Source: Octopus bimaculoides (lineage: Eukaryota). From it: a stretch of DNA of 64,000 nt. Under the pieces are notes generated by a model. That model was not told where the DNA came from. It did not search any database and saw only the letters and a list, made by a program, of their open reading frames with translations. Below are positions 52,101 to 64,000 of this stretch, piece by piece. How positions within the stretch are numbered: position 1 is the first letter of the stretch; every line of letters starts with the position of its first letter. The position numbers were made by a program, and so were the translations under genes. The stretch spans positions 48,355,607 through 48,419,606 of the forward strand of contig NC_068989.1 in NCBI RefSeq assembly GCF_001194135.2, in the 5' to 3' direction.

Positions 52101-55100
52101 TGCATTATCTTGTAGCTTTAAAATTTTGAAGATGTGATTGTTTATTTTTAAAATGACACTAGGGTAGATGTGAAAGGCTAGATCAGGCTGGTATATTCAT
52201 AAAACTGATAGAATATGGATGAGGGTTGATGACAGAATTCAGCCTAATTTCTGTCTGACCTATACAATCATAGAAAAATGTCCATTAAGATAAGATGGTG
52301 GTGGTGGAGGTGTATTTTCATGTGTAAAAAAACATTTTAAAAATTACTAAATTCTAAAGGTCTGGGAATAGTGGCAATTTGCTGTACTTGAGAAGACACA
52401 TCAAGCCAAGTAAGATTGCTGCCATACATACAGGCTTATCCTTTACAGGTGCTGATGCCACATAAAATGCACTCTTGGTGGTGGCACATAAAAAGCACCC
52501 AGCACACTCTGTAAAGTGGTTGGCATTAGGAAGGGCATCTAGCTGTAGAAACCATGCCACGAGAGATAATTGGAGTTTGGATAGTTCTCCAGCTGGTCAG
52601 CTCCTGTCAAACCATCCAACCTATACCAGCATGGAAAACAGACATATGATGATAGTGATAATGGTGATGATGATAGAAGCTCTTAAGTAAAATATTTTGA
52701 CATCCTTGTGTTTTGAAGTGTAACAAAGAGAGTAAACAAATTTCACAATTTTTAAGTTGGATGAAAATTAGTACATTTCAAAATTCTAAGATTCATTAAT
52801 GAAAAAATGTTATGCATTCAATCTTGACCTCCAAGTCTTCTCTGGGTCTATCTTACCTCTGACTGAAAGCCATTACAAATTTACAATATTTTTTTACCAT
52901 TCAATGATCACTTTTCATTCTCATCTCAAACATATTGCAACGACTGAAAAAAAAAAAATCTCATAATAAATATATATATTTATATATATTACCGAAGAAG
53001 CCTTATTTCATGAATAATTTTGTGGTTCGCAAGATCTCGTTCCTGATGCTTTGGTCCTGCACGGCTATTGTATGCTTGCCATACATTCCAACGAAGTGTC
53101 CGGTTGTGGCAGTGCTCCAGGAATGCTTGGTATACCTGACTCTGAAGTGTGACTTGCCATGGTCCAACTTTGGGTTGTTGTCTGGTAATTGAAATACAGT
53201 TTCATGTTAAACATAAAATTATTACAAGGACACTTAATGGTTTCTTTAGACCAAACAGCAGTCCAACAATTTTTGAGAAAGAAATATAGTTTACAGTCAG
53301 ATGGTTTGGTACTGTAATATATTACTGAAACAGTTTTGGTATTTAATTTAGGCCTATGGACTGAAGAAAAACTAAATCAGTTTCAATGGAAATTTGAACT
53401 TAGAACATAGAGGAATTAGACTAAATATTGTAAGGCTTTTAGTCTGGGGATGTACATTTTCTGAAAACATGTCAGCCTTTCTAAAAAATATTCCCATAAT
53501 TGTGTCTGTTCTAAAAAATTATTTGTAACGTCGTATGTAAACAAACAAGTTTGTTTTTCGAAGCGCTGAAATGTATGGTAGAACAAGTAGAAAGATAAAT
53601 TTTATTCAACACAGATACTAAACAGTATAGATATAAAGGATAAAATTCTTTTCTTCTTTTTAAAAGCAGAAAAATTTGTCAGCAGCCAGCCATGAGGATC
53701 GAACTCACCGATCCTCATGGCTGGCTGCCGACAAATTTTTCTGCTTTTAAAAAGAAAAAAAGATTTTATTTTTTATATCTATACTGTTCAGTATCTAATT
53801 ATTTGTAAGTTAAAGAACGATAAAGTCACTAGAACACCTGATTCTCCAACTGGAGGAACCTCCTCTTGACTTTGCTCAGTAACATTTATTTGGTGTTGGA
53901 ATTTCATTTTGAGGATTTGCTTTAGTCACTCCACTAGTCCTAAGGGTTGATCAGGGTGTTTGTAGACATCTCATCAAAATGTAGATAGCCAAAACAAACA
54001 CCACAAAGTACCTAGTCTGACAATCAGACAGTTCTGCCAATACACTACTCTGGATTGATAACTATTTTTTATCACTCTCAAAAGGATGAAAGGCAAGGTT
54101 GACTGTAGCAGGATTTGAATGAAAAAGTTCATGAAATTAACTAGAGTTAAAGTGATGCGATAAGCTTTATGTAAAATTGAAAGAAAAAGAATATTTAAAA
54201 CATGGAAAAATGTGTGTAGACATGGACATGCAGTTAAGAAGTTCATTTCCATACACAACAGTTCTAGGTTTGATCCCCTGGACCAGTGTCTGCCATCATA
54301 GCCTCAGATAACCAATGCCTTGTGAGAAAAATTTGTTAGAAAGAAATTATGCTGTAGCATGTGTATACACACACACACACACACACATATATATCACATT
54401 AAGTTCTCTACATAGTTCATGGTCTGCTGTATTCTTACCAAGCAACACTAAAACTATTTGATGAAGGCCTAATCAATCAGACTCAAGCTGTAATTAGTAA
54501 AAGTCAAATACATATTAGAAGAGGTCAAGTATATATTATTAGTTTCAAATCAATATTGAACATCTTAACAGTATTAGTTCAGATCATATTATATATATTA
54601 GAAGTATTTGGCAAGAAATCATTGTATTTAGCTGTTGTTGCTTAGCATCAAGCCAGCTTTGATTACACAGATCTATGGCAGGTAATCAAACAGCTAACCC
54701 TAAGCAATAATTCTGTTATTCTAAATAAACCATACTACCATCTAGTAGAGAACCATACTCTGACATGCAGTGATTTGCTGTTTGGCAGTACAGACATGTT
54801 ATATTTTACCCCACAACACACCAGTCTGTTTTAATATGTTCACACAGTCTATGGTGGTGGCCACAGTGGCAGAGAGTGATGTAGACTTGGTCAGAATTCT
54901 CTGTCTTTATCAGTAATAAAATACACCACAAGGCAATACCTAAAATATTAACTAGAGGTCATTCATTACATTCCAGCTATACTTACATCAGATAATTTTG
55001 CACATATCAGCTATACAAACTTGAGCTCATATTATACATTTTCACTACCTTAGATAGAGGTTATATTGTACATTTTGGCTTTGATAACTAGAAGTCATAT

Positions 55101-58100
55101 TGTACATCATCATCATCATTTAACGTCTGTCTTCCATACTAGCATGGCTTAGATGGTTTGACAGGAGCTGGCCAGCTGAAGGCCTGCCTGGATTCCATGT
55201 CAGTTTTAACATGGGTTTCTATGGCTGGATGCCCATCTCAATGTCAACCACTTTACAGAGTGTAATGGATGCTTTTACGTGGCACAAGCACAGGTATTTT
55301 TATGTAGTACTGGCATGGGTGCTTCTTACATGGCACTGGCACCATACATCTATGTAGTGTTGGAACCTTTACATTTTCATTATACTAAACAAAAGTCACA
55401 CTGCTCATTTTGGTTATATTTACAGGGTGGACTTAGAGCATTTTCTCATGCTAGCAGCATATATGTACACCCACACAATGAGCATCTGCATTGTTTCTGT
55501 GAGTTTCACTTACAAGATATTAGTACAAGACACACAATGTACTACTGGCAGTGAGATTGAATGCAGTACCACGTGGTTTCAAAGTGAACTTCTTCACCAC
55601 ATAATAGTTGCTTGCACCTGTGGAAAGGTGATGTCTAGTTTTGAAAGAATGTGTGTATAGCTGTAGAATTTACAAAATTAGCCAAAAGTTTCCAAAACAA
55701 AGAAATTCAACTTACTTGTCAGCAGCCATCATGGATATTATAGCAGGAGACATGTTTTTGACAAAAGAGTAATCAGTGACCCATTGAGAAAACATATTCT
55801 GACACACCATCACTTTGCTCCTGAACAAATTGAAAAAGAAATATATCTTATATAATAATACCTTAATAAATGATTTTTTTTTTTTTAAATTTGCTTTTTT
55901 AAGTAAAGATGGTAAGCATTACCCATGAATTTTTACAAGGCCCCTGAGACAGGTGAGAGAGAGTAAGGTATCTTTACACTGGAGACTTGGTATGAGTTTG
56001 TTTTTTTTTCTTTTTCTACAATAGGCATAAGGCTGGAAATTTGGGGGGTGGGGGCAGAGACTAGTTGATTATATTGAACCCCCACGCCCCACTCACTGCT
56101 CAAAATTGACACTTTATTTTATTGACTTTGAAAGGATGAAAGGCAAAGAACCCTGGTAGAACTTGAACTCAGAACATAAAGCCAGAAGAAAAGCTGCTAA
56201 GCATTTTATCCGGCTGGTTAATAACTCTCCCAGCATAAATTCTTGCAACAGAATGGACTCCACTAAAGGCACCCAAGATGCCAGGTATTGTTATTAAACA
56301 AGGCAATGGATTGAAGTCTACCACTCAAGTGAGCCATGGTGAAATTTGAACTAAGAAAGCAAAATTTCAGAGGAAATACAGCAAGGTATCTGATCCAAAG
56401 TTTTTTAAGTTCAACCAATCCATCACTCTTGGTACACTTTTTAACAACCCCAAAATAATGAAAAGCAAATATGATTTGGGCGGGATTTGAACTCAGAATG
56501 CAGAGAGAAAGAACAAAACCTTTGAGATATTGTATCTGATGCTAAGATAGTCTATTCAATTGATTATTTTAATGCATATAAGACTCTTCTCTATTTATGT
56601 TCTCTGGCTTAAAATTTATTGTGTCACACTAAAATTCTATTGTTTCTTTCTTAGCTCTGTGACCATATCATTCATTTAAAGTAGTTTTTCTCAACCATTT
56701 TTCAACTATGGACCCTTTGATTCCTATTTTACTTGGATAGACTCTCTTAGCTATTCAATGTTAAAAAAATCCTATTATATTTTTATAATTAAATATTATT
56801 ACAAATTGTATAATAATAATTATCAAAATATTTTGTGTATTGTAGAAGTACAACTAATTTAGTGTAGATAAATTTTAACAAAATCTTTTATGGACTTCAA
56901 AGGTCATATGGACCTCAATTATGAACCACCACTTTAAAGTAAACAAGTTATAAGTGTTGAGTATTATACTAAGATAAATTTGAATACCATATATAATGTA
57001 AATACAAGCAAACTTTTTAAGTTATCATCCTTCATATAATAATGAAATTTTAAAGGACATTTGTTTTAATTTGAACATAGAAAATTAAACAAGAGTGGTT
57101 TCATGTATGTTAATAACATAGAAATATAGATTTTGGGTTGATATCAAAAGAATTAAAGAGAAATGAAAGCTTTGCAAGCAACATTCTCAAGGATCAGCTA
57201 TATGCCACTAACTAGTGGTTTCATTTACCATTAATTCCTACAAAGAAGGCCAAATATACTTAAAAATATGTAATTTCTTGTTTGTACACATTTAGAATAG
57301 AGGCAAAGACATCTTCAGACATCTCACTGAATTTAACTTCATTAGTATTATGATAGTTGAAGGTTAAAAAATACAGTTGAAGGATATCATCATCATTTAA
57401 CATCAGGTTTTCATGCTTGTACAGGCTGGACAGTTTGGCAGGAACTGATAAGATAGTGGATTGTAGACTAACCACCATGGTAGAGAAGGAATAGATTAGG
57501 GATAGGATGATTGAGAAAAGTGGGAGGATAGTGTGTGTGGAAAGGTGATAGAGTGGATAGTGTAGAGGGGTCTAGGGCTATCCTATATTATAAGAAGAAG
57601 TATATAAAGATGTGAGGGAAAGGGGACATGTAGGGAACAATAAACTAGGATAGAGGAATCATTAGACTCAGCAAAGGTGAGAGAGGTGTAGGGGCCATGG
57701 AGTTAGGTCTTGGGAGAAAAATAAGAAGGGGCATTAAGGAGGTACAGAAGCTGTCGGGAGAGGATAGGAGGCAGAGACAGAACAAAGAAACTTGTTTGGC
57801 AACTGTGAGTAGTATATCTTACCTAAATGTATTCCTTTCACGTGTTAGTTTGCGTAAGATATCAATAAACTTTTTCCTGCTGGACCCACTGATCTCAATG
57901 CCATTTAAGTGGCCTTCTAATAGATAAAGATTAAGTAACTGCTGCTGGTAGCAATCCAATTTAGAACGGTCTGCATTCACTTCCTGAAAACAAGAGAAGA
58001 AAATTATAAATAAATACATAAATACTTTAACCCTTTTGCATTTAAGCCAGCCATATCCGGCCAAAATATTTTATTTGTTTTATGTTCAAACTGGTCAAAA

Positions 58101-61100
58101 ACACTCTCTTACGCCTACCCTACAATGTCAAACAAAAAGTAAATAATCCCATAATCAAAATCACAAAGCTACAAGATAATATATGATTAATTCAAAACAA
58201 GGTGAATAAATAAGCATTATGTTTGGCAAACTAATCTGAATGCTAAAGGATTAAAGGAGATGAATGAATAGTTGTGTGATTTAGAAATTCCCTTTTTTTC
58301 GTTTTTATTTTTTACACTTGCAGTGCCCATAACCTTTACAGGAGCTCTGAAACTGGTGAACTTACTCATATCAATGCTCTGCTTAAACAGTTGCAAATCA
58401 ACACCCTCTAAAGGAAAGACACAAGTAGGGAGCAGATTCCAGAGGGTCAAAGTTCTGGGGAGAAAGGACTGGATATAATTGTTAGTAAGGGTCCTGAAGA
58501 CAGTGGGTGTTGGACACAACTGCATGGTTCCCACAATGTGGAACCCTGAGAATGTCTTCTAGCACAAGCTTGGGTCGCCCAAGCCTTGTGAGTAAAATTG
58601 GGTGGATGAAAACTGTGTGGAAGCTTCTTTTATGGTTCAGGTGTGGGCGCATATATTAGTTATTGAGTAATATTGTTTTATTTTTAACATTGTATATTTA
58701 AAGCTTATAATGTAGTGGTGTACAGACATAAGATTATAGTGATGTATAGCTGTGAGAGTACAGTAATATACAGTTCCATGAAGAAAATAATTTAGTGTCT
58801 CAAGAGTTATTGTGATTTCACCCAGAGAAGTGATACCAATGTGCTATGTAAATGAGAGAGAGAGGGAGAGAGAGATACTAAGTAACACAAAGAAGGCATA
58901 GAAAAAATGAGGTCTTCATAGATTGAAGCCCTTGAATAAATAGTATGGTAAAATCTTCATAGCTGAGTGGTTAGGATTAAATTAACAAGAGAAACTATCT
59001 GAGCAATGTAGTTAAAGGTTTGTATAAGAGCTGAAATTAATAGGAAAATATTAGCAAGAGTATAAACAGCCTGAGTGTAGCTATCAAAAGATCTATTCAA
59101 CTCTGCTTGTTTAGGGGACACACATACTGTCTTTAATATTTGGAGAAGTGTAGAAACAAATAAATATTTAGTGGTTGTGTAACAACTTACCTTTACTGCA
59201 TTATACAATGGTTCACTTATCCACCTCTCATTCTTAGCTTGATCCACTTGTGAATGAATCTAAAAGGTAAAAGATAGAATTTAAATAGTTATACAACAGC
59301 TGATAATTTAACAGCTGTACAGCCAATGGTATAGTTAAGAAGATTCTCAACCATATGATTTCAGGTACAGTCCCACTGTGAAGTATCTTAAGCGAATGCC
59401 TGCTACTATAGCTTAAGATCAACCAAAGCCTTGAAAGTAAAGTTGACCTCAGGATTTACACTCACAGCATAAAGAAACAGAAATAAATACTGCAAAGGAT
59501 AATAATAAAAATAAGAATAATGGTTATTATTATTCCATAACTGAAGATGGTGGATTAGTAGAGTTGTCAGACAAAATGCCCTGCAGTTCTTTACTTTCTG
59601 GGTTCAAATCCTGCCAACTTCAACTTTGCCTTTCATCCTTTCAGCTCAGTAAAATAAGAAAAGTTAAAGACTAGATTTGATGGGTCAGAAACTGAAAGAA
59701 GCCCATTGTATGTATATATGTGTGTGTGTTTTGTGTCTTTGCCTTGATATCACAAGACACTTGTAAATGAGTGTCACCATCTTACAAGCAGTATCCATTT
59801 TTAATCTACAAAAACATGTCAGGCCATAAAGAAATACCACCTTGCTTGGAAACAGGTGAAGGTTGGCAAAAAGAAGGGTTTCTGGCTGAAGAAAATCTGC
59901 CTCAATGCAAGCATGGAAAATTAGTAATTTAAACAATGATGATCATGATGACTACTGTTAACTCCATGGTAATGCCAAGGAAATAAACAAGTGTTACAAA
60001 AGCAAACCCCTCAGTTGAGAATCTGAATTTGTATTTAATATTTGTGTTCAATAAAAGTGATCAATTTTTGTTTTTATGCCCTGAGCTTTGACTGAGCAGA
60101 AGACCTATGGCCAAAAGCATTCCCATCATGATTATCTTATCTTTTAATTCAAACAGTGTATCTAGGACTCCATTACCTAATAAAAAATCAATAGGATGTT
60201 AATATTACTATTATCATTGTTAAAGCAGTAAGTTGGTAGAATTGTTTGCAAGCTAGGTGAAGTGTTTAGTGGCATTTCATCCATCTTCATGATCTGAGTT
60301 CAAATTCTGCTGAGATCAACTTTGCCTTTCATTCTTTCAGGGTCAATTAAAATAAGTACCAGTTGAGTACTGGGTTTGATGCAACTAACTTACCCACCCC
60401 TGCCGAAATTGCTGGCCTTGTGGCAAAATTTGAAATCAATATTATTATCATTATTATTTCGATAGCTGAGGAATAGAAAAAGTAAACATTTATGTTCAGA
60501 ATTCAAATCCCACAGGAGTTGAATTTGCTTTTCATATCCATACAGCAATAATATGATTAGAATTGATTCAATTGGTCTTACACCCATCCAGATTTGTAGT
60601 ATGTAACAATACAAAAAGGGCAGCACATTGGCAGAATTATTAGAGCATCAGACAAAATGCCTTGTGGTATTTAATGGTATATTTTTATGCACTGAGGTGA
60701 ATTTTGCCTTTCATCCTTCAAGGGTCAATAAAATAAGGCTGAGACAAATCTTTTACAAAATGCTGGACACTATAGTACCACCCACATATCTCAGAAAGAA
60801 CACCTAGTTAGAATATGTAGATATTCCAGAAGGAATACAAAAGAAAAACAACTATCTGTTTGATAACCAAGGAGAGAGTACAACCATTGTACAACCAGAT
60901 AGAAATAACAGCTAAATTTCCCTCACATCATATCCTCCCAATTAAAAAAAAAAAAGGAATGAGGTAACAAATGCTATAATCCTAAATACAACAATATACT
61001 TGAAAATAGACAGGATGGTCACATTTGGAATGCCATTGAACAAAGGTCTGTTTAATCATGCTTGACTTGGAGTTGACAATGAAAACAATACATTCATTTT

Positions 61101-63517
61101 AGAATGTACACAAAGAAAAAGAAGTACAGCTATCTGTTTGGTAGCCAAGAATTCACTGACCTGTTAAAACTGACTTCCATGTCTCATCTGCTGTTACAAA
61201 AATAATCATTTGGAAGAGAAAGAGAGAAATAGACAGACAAATAATACAAAGAAATCATATATCTACTTACTCTCTGGAAAGACTCCCTGAATTTTTCATT
61301 CCCTTTTATGTAGCTGAGATGTTTAGCAAGGCGCCAAGCATAGTTTAATGGAACTGAGATTTCCTCAATAGGATTGAAAACATTCTCAAATGTTTTCTCC
61401 ATCTGAGGATCTAAAGAACAAAGAAACAAAACAATCAACATTCTTTTCTACTCAAGGCACAAGGCCCAAAATTTTAGGGAAGTGGGGCCAGTCAATTAGA
61501 TCGACTCCAGTACTTAATTTATTGACCCTGAAAGGATGAAAGGCAAAGTCAACCTCGGCAGAATTTGAACTGAGAACATAAAGACAGACGAAATACTGCT
61601 AAGCATAAGGTGGCGAGATGGCAGAATCGTTAGCATGCCAGGCAAAATGCTTAGTGGTATTTCGTCTGCCGCTACGTTCTGATTTCAAATTCCACCGAGG
61701 TCAACTTTGTCTTTCATCTTTTTGGGGTCAATTAAATAAGTACCAGTTACGCACTGGGTTGATGTAATCGACTAAATCCTTTTGTCTGTCCCCTCTATGT
61801 TTAGCCCCTTGTGGGCAATAAAGAAATAAATACTGCTAAGCATATCGCCCGGCGTGCTAACATTTCTGTCAGCTCGCCGCCTTAAAACAATCACTATTAC
61901 AATCAATATAAACAAAACAATCAATATTAACAATACTTTGATGATGTGTCTGCTTCAGAATTTGAACTAAACATAGATCACTGCCTTAAAAAAATGGAAG
62001 GATACATTGGATCAATTTTCATCACTTTTCCTTGTTTTCCTCTTTTGCAGCTTCTTTCCATTTGGATCACGTGCTACCTCTTTACACAACTGCCATCTTT
62101 TATACACATTACATGCCTGTAGTTGTACAGTTTTCTCTCTTGCACATGACATTTGATTCCCCTTGTACCCAGTTTTTCTCTTAGTTCATTTGTACCATGT
62201 TATTCAAACATTACACATCCAATAGAACATATTTGTTTCATTCCTTTCCAATATTTACACATCCTATGTATTCAATACTTATGTTTGGTATCATGCAGCA
62301 TCACTTTTTGTATACATACATCTTATCTACTTTTCACTAAGAGAGAGAATCTCGCTTTTGTTTGCAGAAGTAACAGCTTCCTGAACACTTTTTTCACCCC
62401 ATTTTCACTCAGATAACTATGCTTTTTCAACATCTTCCTCAGTCACTAATTAAGTCATTCAATTCTCAAATACTTCTAAGGAGTCTCAAGATCATTTGAA
62501 AGAATTTATTTCACGAGTACTCTAACTGCTATTAGTCTTGCTAGTCTGCTATACATAGAGACCTTCTGTCAACCTGCATATGATCCTAATGCACCTGCTT
62601 TACACCTACACACTGAGTATACCACAAGGCATTCCTACCAACTCATTTTCTGCAAGCTAAACATAGCCTGTTCCTAGATGGCAGGAGAGTTTTGTCTTCT
62701 TTCCTACAAATTAAAATTAACAAGAGGAGAAAGAGCAGTGCCCATGCCACTTTACAGGGTCTTTGAAATTATTAGAAGGAAATCAACTTCAGACCAGAGA
62801 CCTGGCCCAAATGCCTGCAATAGAATGAACATCCCTAAAGGTATTCAAAGGTTAGGTGTTAGCATCAACCCTTTGCCTATTTAAAAATTTGCTTGCATGT
62901 TCAGAATTTTTTTCTATAATTCTTACAAAGATTCAACAATGATATAGGTAATCAGCATACAAAGGTTCCCATGAATTGTAACTTTTAAACTCTTCTGTCT
63001 TAGCCTGAAGAACTACAATAAACAGAAGAGGGCTAAGAACCAAACCCTGAGAGATATCTTCCTACATGCTGAATTCCTCGCTGAACTCCTTGCTAATTCT
63101 CATCTTGTTAACAGTATTTTTGTACATAGCTTCCATGGTACTCATGAGCCATTTTTCAACACCACTACAGAGCATGTCACTCTGCCAAATGCCTTCTCCA
63201 GGTCAATAAATGCTGAATATAGTGGTCTGTTCTTTGCTAAGAACTTCTTGATACTGTTACAACATGAATATATATTTGAATATAGACAATTAATTGCAAT
63301 TAATTGTAATTAAAAGAGAAGCAAAAGACTGAAAATAAATCTAAGCTACAAACCTTTTAACTGTTCTAGATGGTTGCCTAATTTAGTTTCAAATTCAATG
63401 GCAAGTTTAGCAGCACCCAACACGACATCCTTTGGCGTTATGAAACCAAATTTGGGGAGTTCTTTAAATCGCATGACAGCATTGGTTTCAGCTGTGTCTG
63501 GTGGTATTTCTGGCAAT
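37147..63517 (-). CDS. Peptidase family M3A, oligopeptidase A (PrlC/OpdA)-like protein with an altered zinc site; 5'-partial (17 exons, 685 codons in window)
   Basis: Exons in transcript order: 63517-63354, 61410-61271, 59259-59191, 57983-57823, 55820-55716, 53181-52993, 50622-50521, 48214-48074, 47173-47077, 46835-46769, 45025-44945, 44003-43882, 42673-42469, 40814-40739, 39597-39450, 38574-38495, 37258-37147 (TAG). All introns are GT-AG and the frame is continuous. M3 motifs: GPWQVTL, LGYNSFAHMSMETKMAGS, WDVPYW, QYFPLSHVL, FFDPYAHQGKMSGTWM, NVEWDA, CSFTHIF, FRDTFLALGGS, FRGRDP. Confidence 0.93.
38066..38286 (+). mobile_element. tRNA-derived SINE, family A (core gcctttcatcctttcggggtcgataaaattaagtaccag); many copies in the window
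   Basis: A/B-box-like head. 18-bp TSD aacagt(a/t)aagaggaagaa at 38048-38065 and 38287-38304. Confidence 0.85.
40560..40712. repeat. ~25-bp minisatellite, 6 units, core (g/a)atatcatt(a/g)gcac
   Basis: Units are directly visible and begin ~27 nt into the intron after the 40739 donor. Confidence 0.8.
42790..43116. mobile_element. hAT/Charlie-like MITE (related copy ~56684-56930)
   Basis: TIRs cagtggttcacaacc / ggttgagaaccactg. Flanking 8-mers atctagag / tcctagag. Confidence 0.7.
45597..46130 (-). repeat. Head-to-tail trimer of family A SINE (~172-175 bp period)
   Basis: Units are joined at gcca(a/g)caag, at ~45617, 45788 and 45963. Confidence 0.75.
48250..48900 (+). mobile_element. Two 5'-truncated RLE-LINE (R4/Dong-like) 3' ends embedded in (TAA)n
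   Basis: VPMLIGALG..LQKVCLLGTGKIIRRVL and CKVIDFAIPYD..PVVIGALG. (TAA)n tracts lie at 48231-48249, 48505-48524 and 48901-48954. Confidence 0.75.
49960..50280 (+). mobile_element. Tc1/mariner transposase relic (same family as 12287-12770)
   Basis: WPPNS..YYVWGAVEKNTN-like translation; degraded. Confidence 0.55.
52440..52670 (+). mobile_element. Short retroposon carrying the RTE 3' tail (also ~26860-27045, 41640-41840, 43620-43790, 55100-55330)
   Basis: aaaagcacccagcacactctgtaaagtggttggcattaggaagggcatc...ccagcatggaaaac..(gat)n is the reverse complement of 17084-17230. Confidence 0.7.
53529..53796. repeat. TSD-flanked fold-back insertion with an 89-bp inverted repeat
   Basis: Arms 53613-53701 and 53709-53796, loop aactcac. 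12-bp TSD aattatttgtaa at 53517-53528 and 53797-53808. Confidence 0.85.
61447..61882. mobile_element. Family A SINE (plus strand, 61607-61827) nested inside an oppositely oriented family A SINE
   Basis: Perfect 16-bp TSD aaatactgctaagcat at 61591-61606 and 61828-61843. Confidence 0.85.
62050..63260 (-). mobile_element. Old RTE LINE relic, interrupted by a 170-bp repeat
   Basis: AFIDLEKAF, SQGLVLSPLLF, LYADYL and ELREKLGTRGIKCHVQER align with the 17-20 kb RTE. Confidence 0.65.
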
Positions 63518-64000
63518 CTGAAATAAAGAAAAAGAAAAAAATTCAAAATAAAATAGGTTTTCCATCCAAACATTGATTTTATAACTTTAATGTATTGAAG
63601 ATGAACACAAATGAATTTGGTGTGCATGGTCACTTTTTTCTTAACTTAATAAGAAGAGAAAGAGCAGTGCCTATGCCACTTTTTAGGGTCTTTGAAATTA
63701 TTAGGAGGAAATCAACCTTAGACCAGAGACCTGGCCCAAATGCCTGCAATAGAATGAACATCCCTAGAGGTATTCAAAGGTTAGCTGTTGGTATTAACCC
63801 TTTGCCTATTTAAAACATTTTCATAAGTTTGTCCACAATGTTTAAACATGTTTTCATACTCTTAATTTGTCCAAGTTTCATACATTGAGAGATATAAAGC
63901 TTTCCTTTCATAAGTCCCAAGTTAATTTCGTTGTTAAAAAAAATTGGGAATGTGTATCACATATGACAAATGGATGCCAGGGAAATATGTTCTGCTTATC

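Noticed and set aside
53677-55728. 13-nt match between the hairpin arm (ttgtcagcagcca) and the end of exon 55716-55820, as a possible editing-complementary sequence
   Set aside because: It is too short to exclude chance, and it would be sequestered inside the much more stable local hairpin.
62709-63812. Duplicated intronic snoRNA, or a duplicated small ORF (..AVPMPL..GINPLPI*)
   Set aside because: No C/D or H/ACA boxes are conserved in both copies, substitutions in the ORF frame are mostly non-synonymous, and a third dispersed copy points to a repeat.

Overview
AT-rich, repeat-dense eukaryotic DNA with assembly gaps. The SINE, RTE and mariner repertoire and the microsatellite style suggest an octopus/coleoid cephalopod genome (inferred, not proven). 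I reconstructed two gene families exon by exon, checking splice phases by hand. (1) Plus strand: a tandem family of SSAT/SAT-like GNAT-fold genes. Copy 1 is complete (430-6771, 5 exons, ~173 aa). Copy 2 (20599-30174) has exon 2 falling in a 10-N gap. A third copy (~12780-14420) keeps only exon 1 and part of intron 1. Both long copies appear to lack the acetyl-CoA-binding RxxGxG motif and the catalytic Tyr, and they differ from each other mostly by amino-acid-changing substitutions. (2) Minus strand: an M3A (oligopeptidase A/PrlC-like) gene with 17 in-frame exons (63517->37147, 685 codons; the 5' end lies beyond the window). Its zinc site is rewired: HEXXH reads SEFGH, the third-ligand Glu is His, and both catalytic-loop Tyr are His. 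The rest is transposon debris (mariner/Tc1, RTE, R4/Dong-like RLE LINE, CR1/L2-like, Gypsy, Penelope, MITEs, tRNA-derived SINEs), including a TSD-flanked fold-back hairpin, nested and concatemerised SINEs, and insertions whose empty sites are visible in the sister duplicate.
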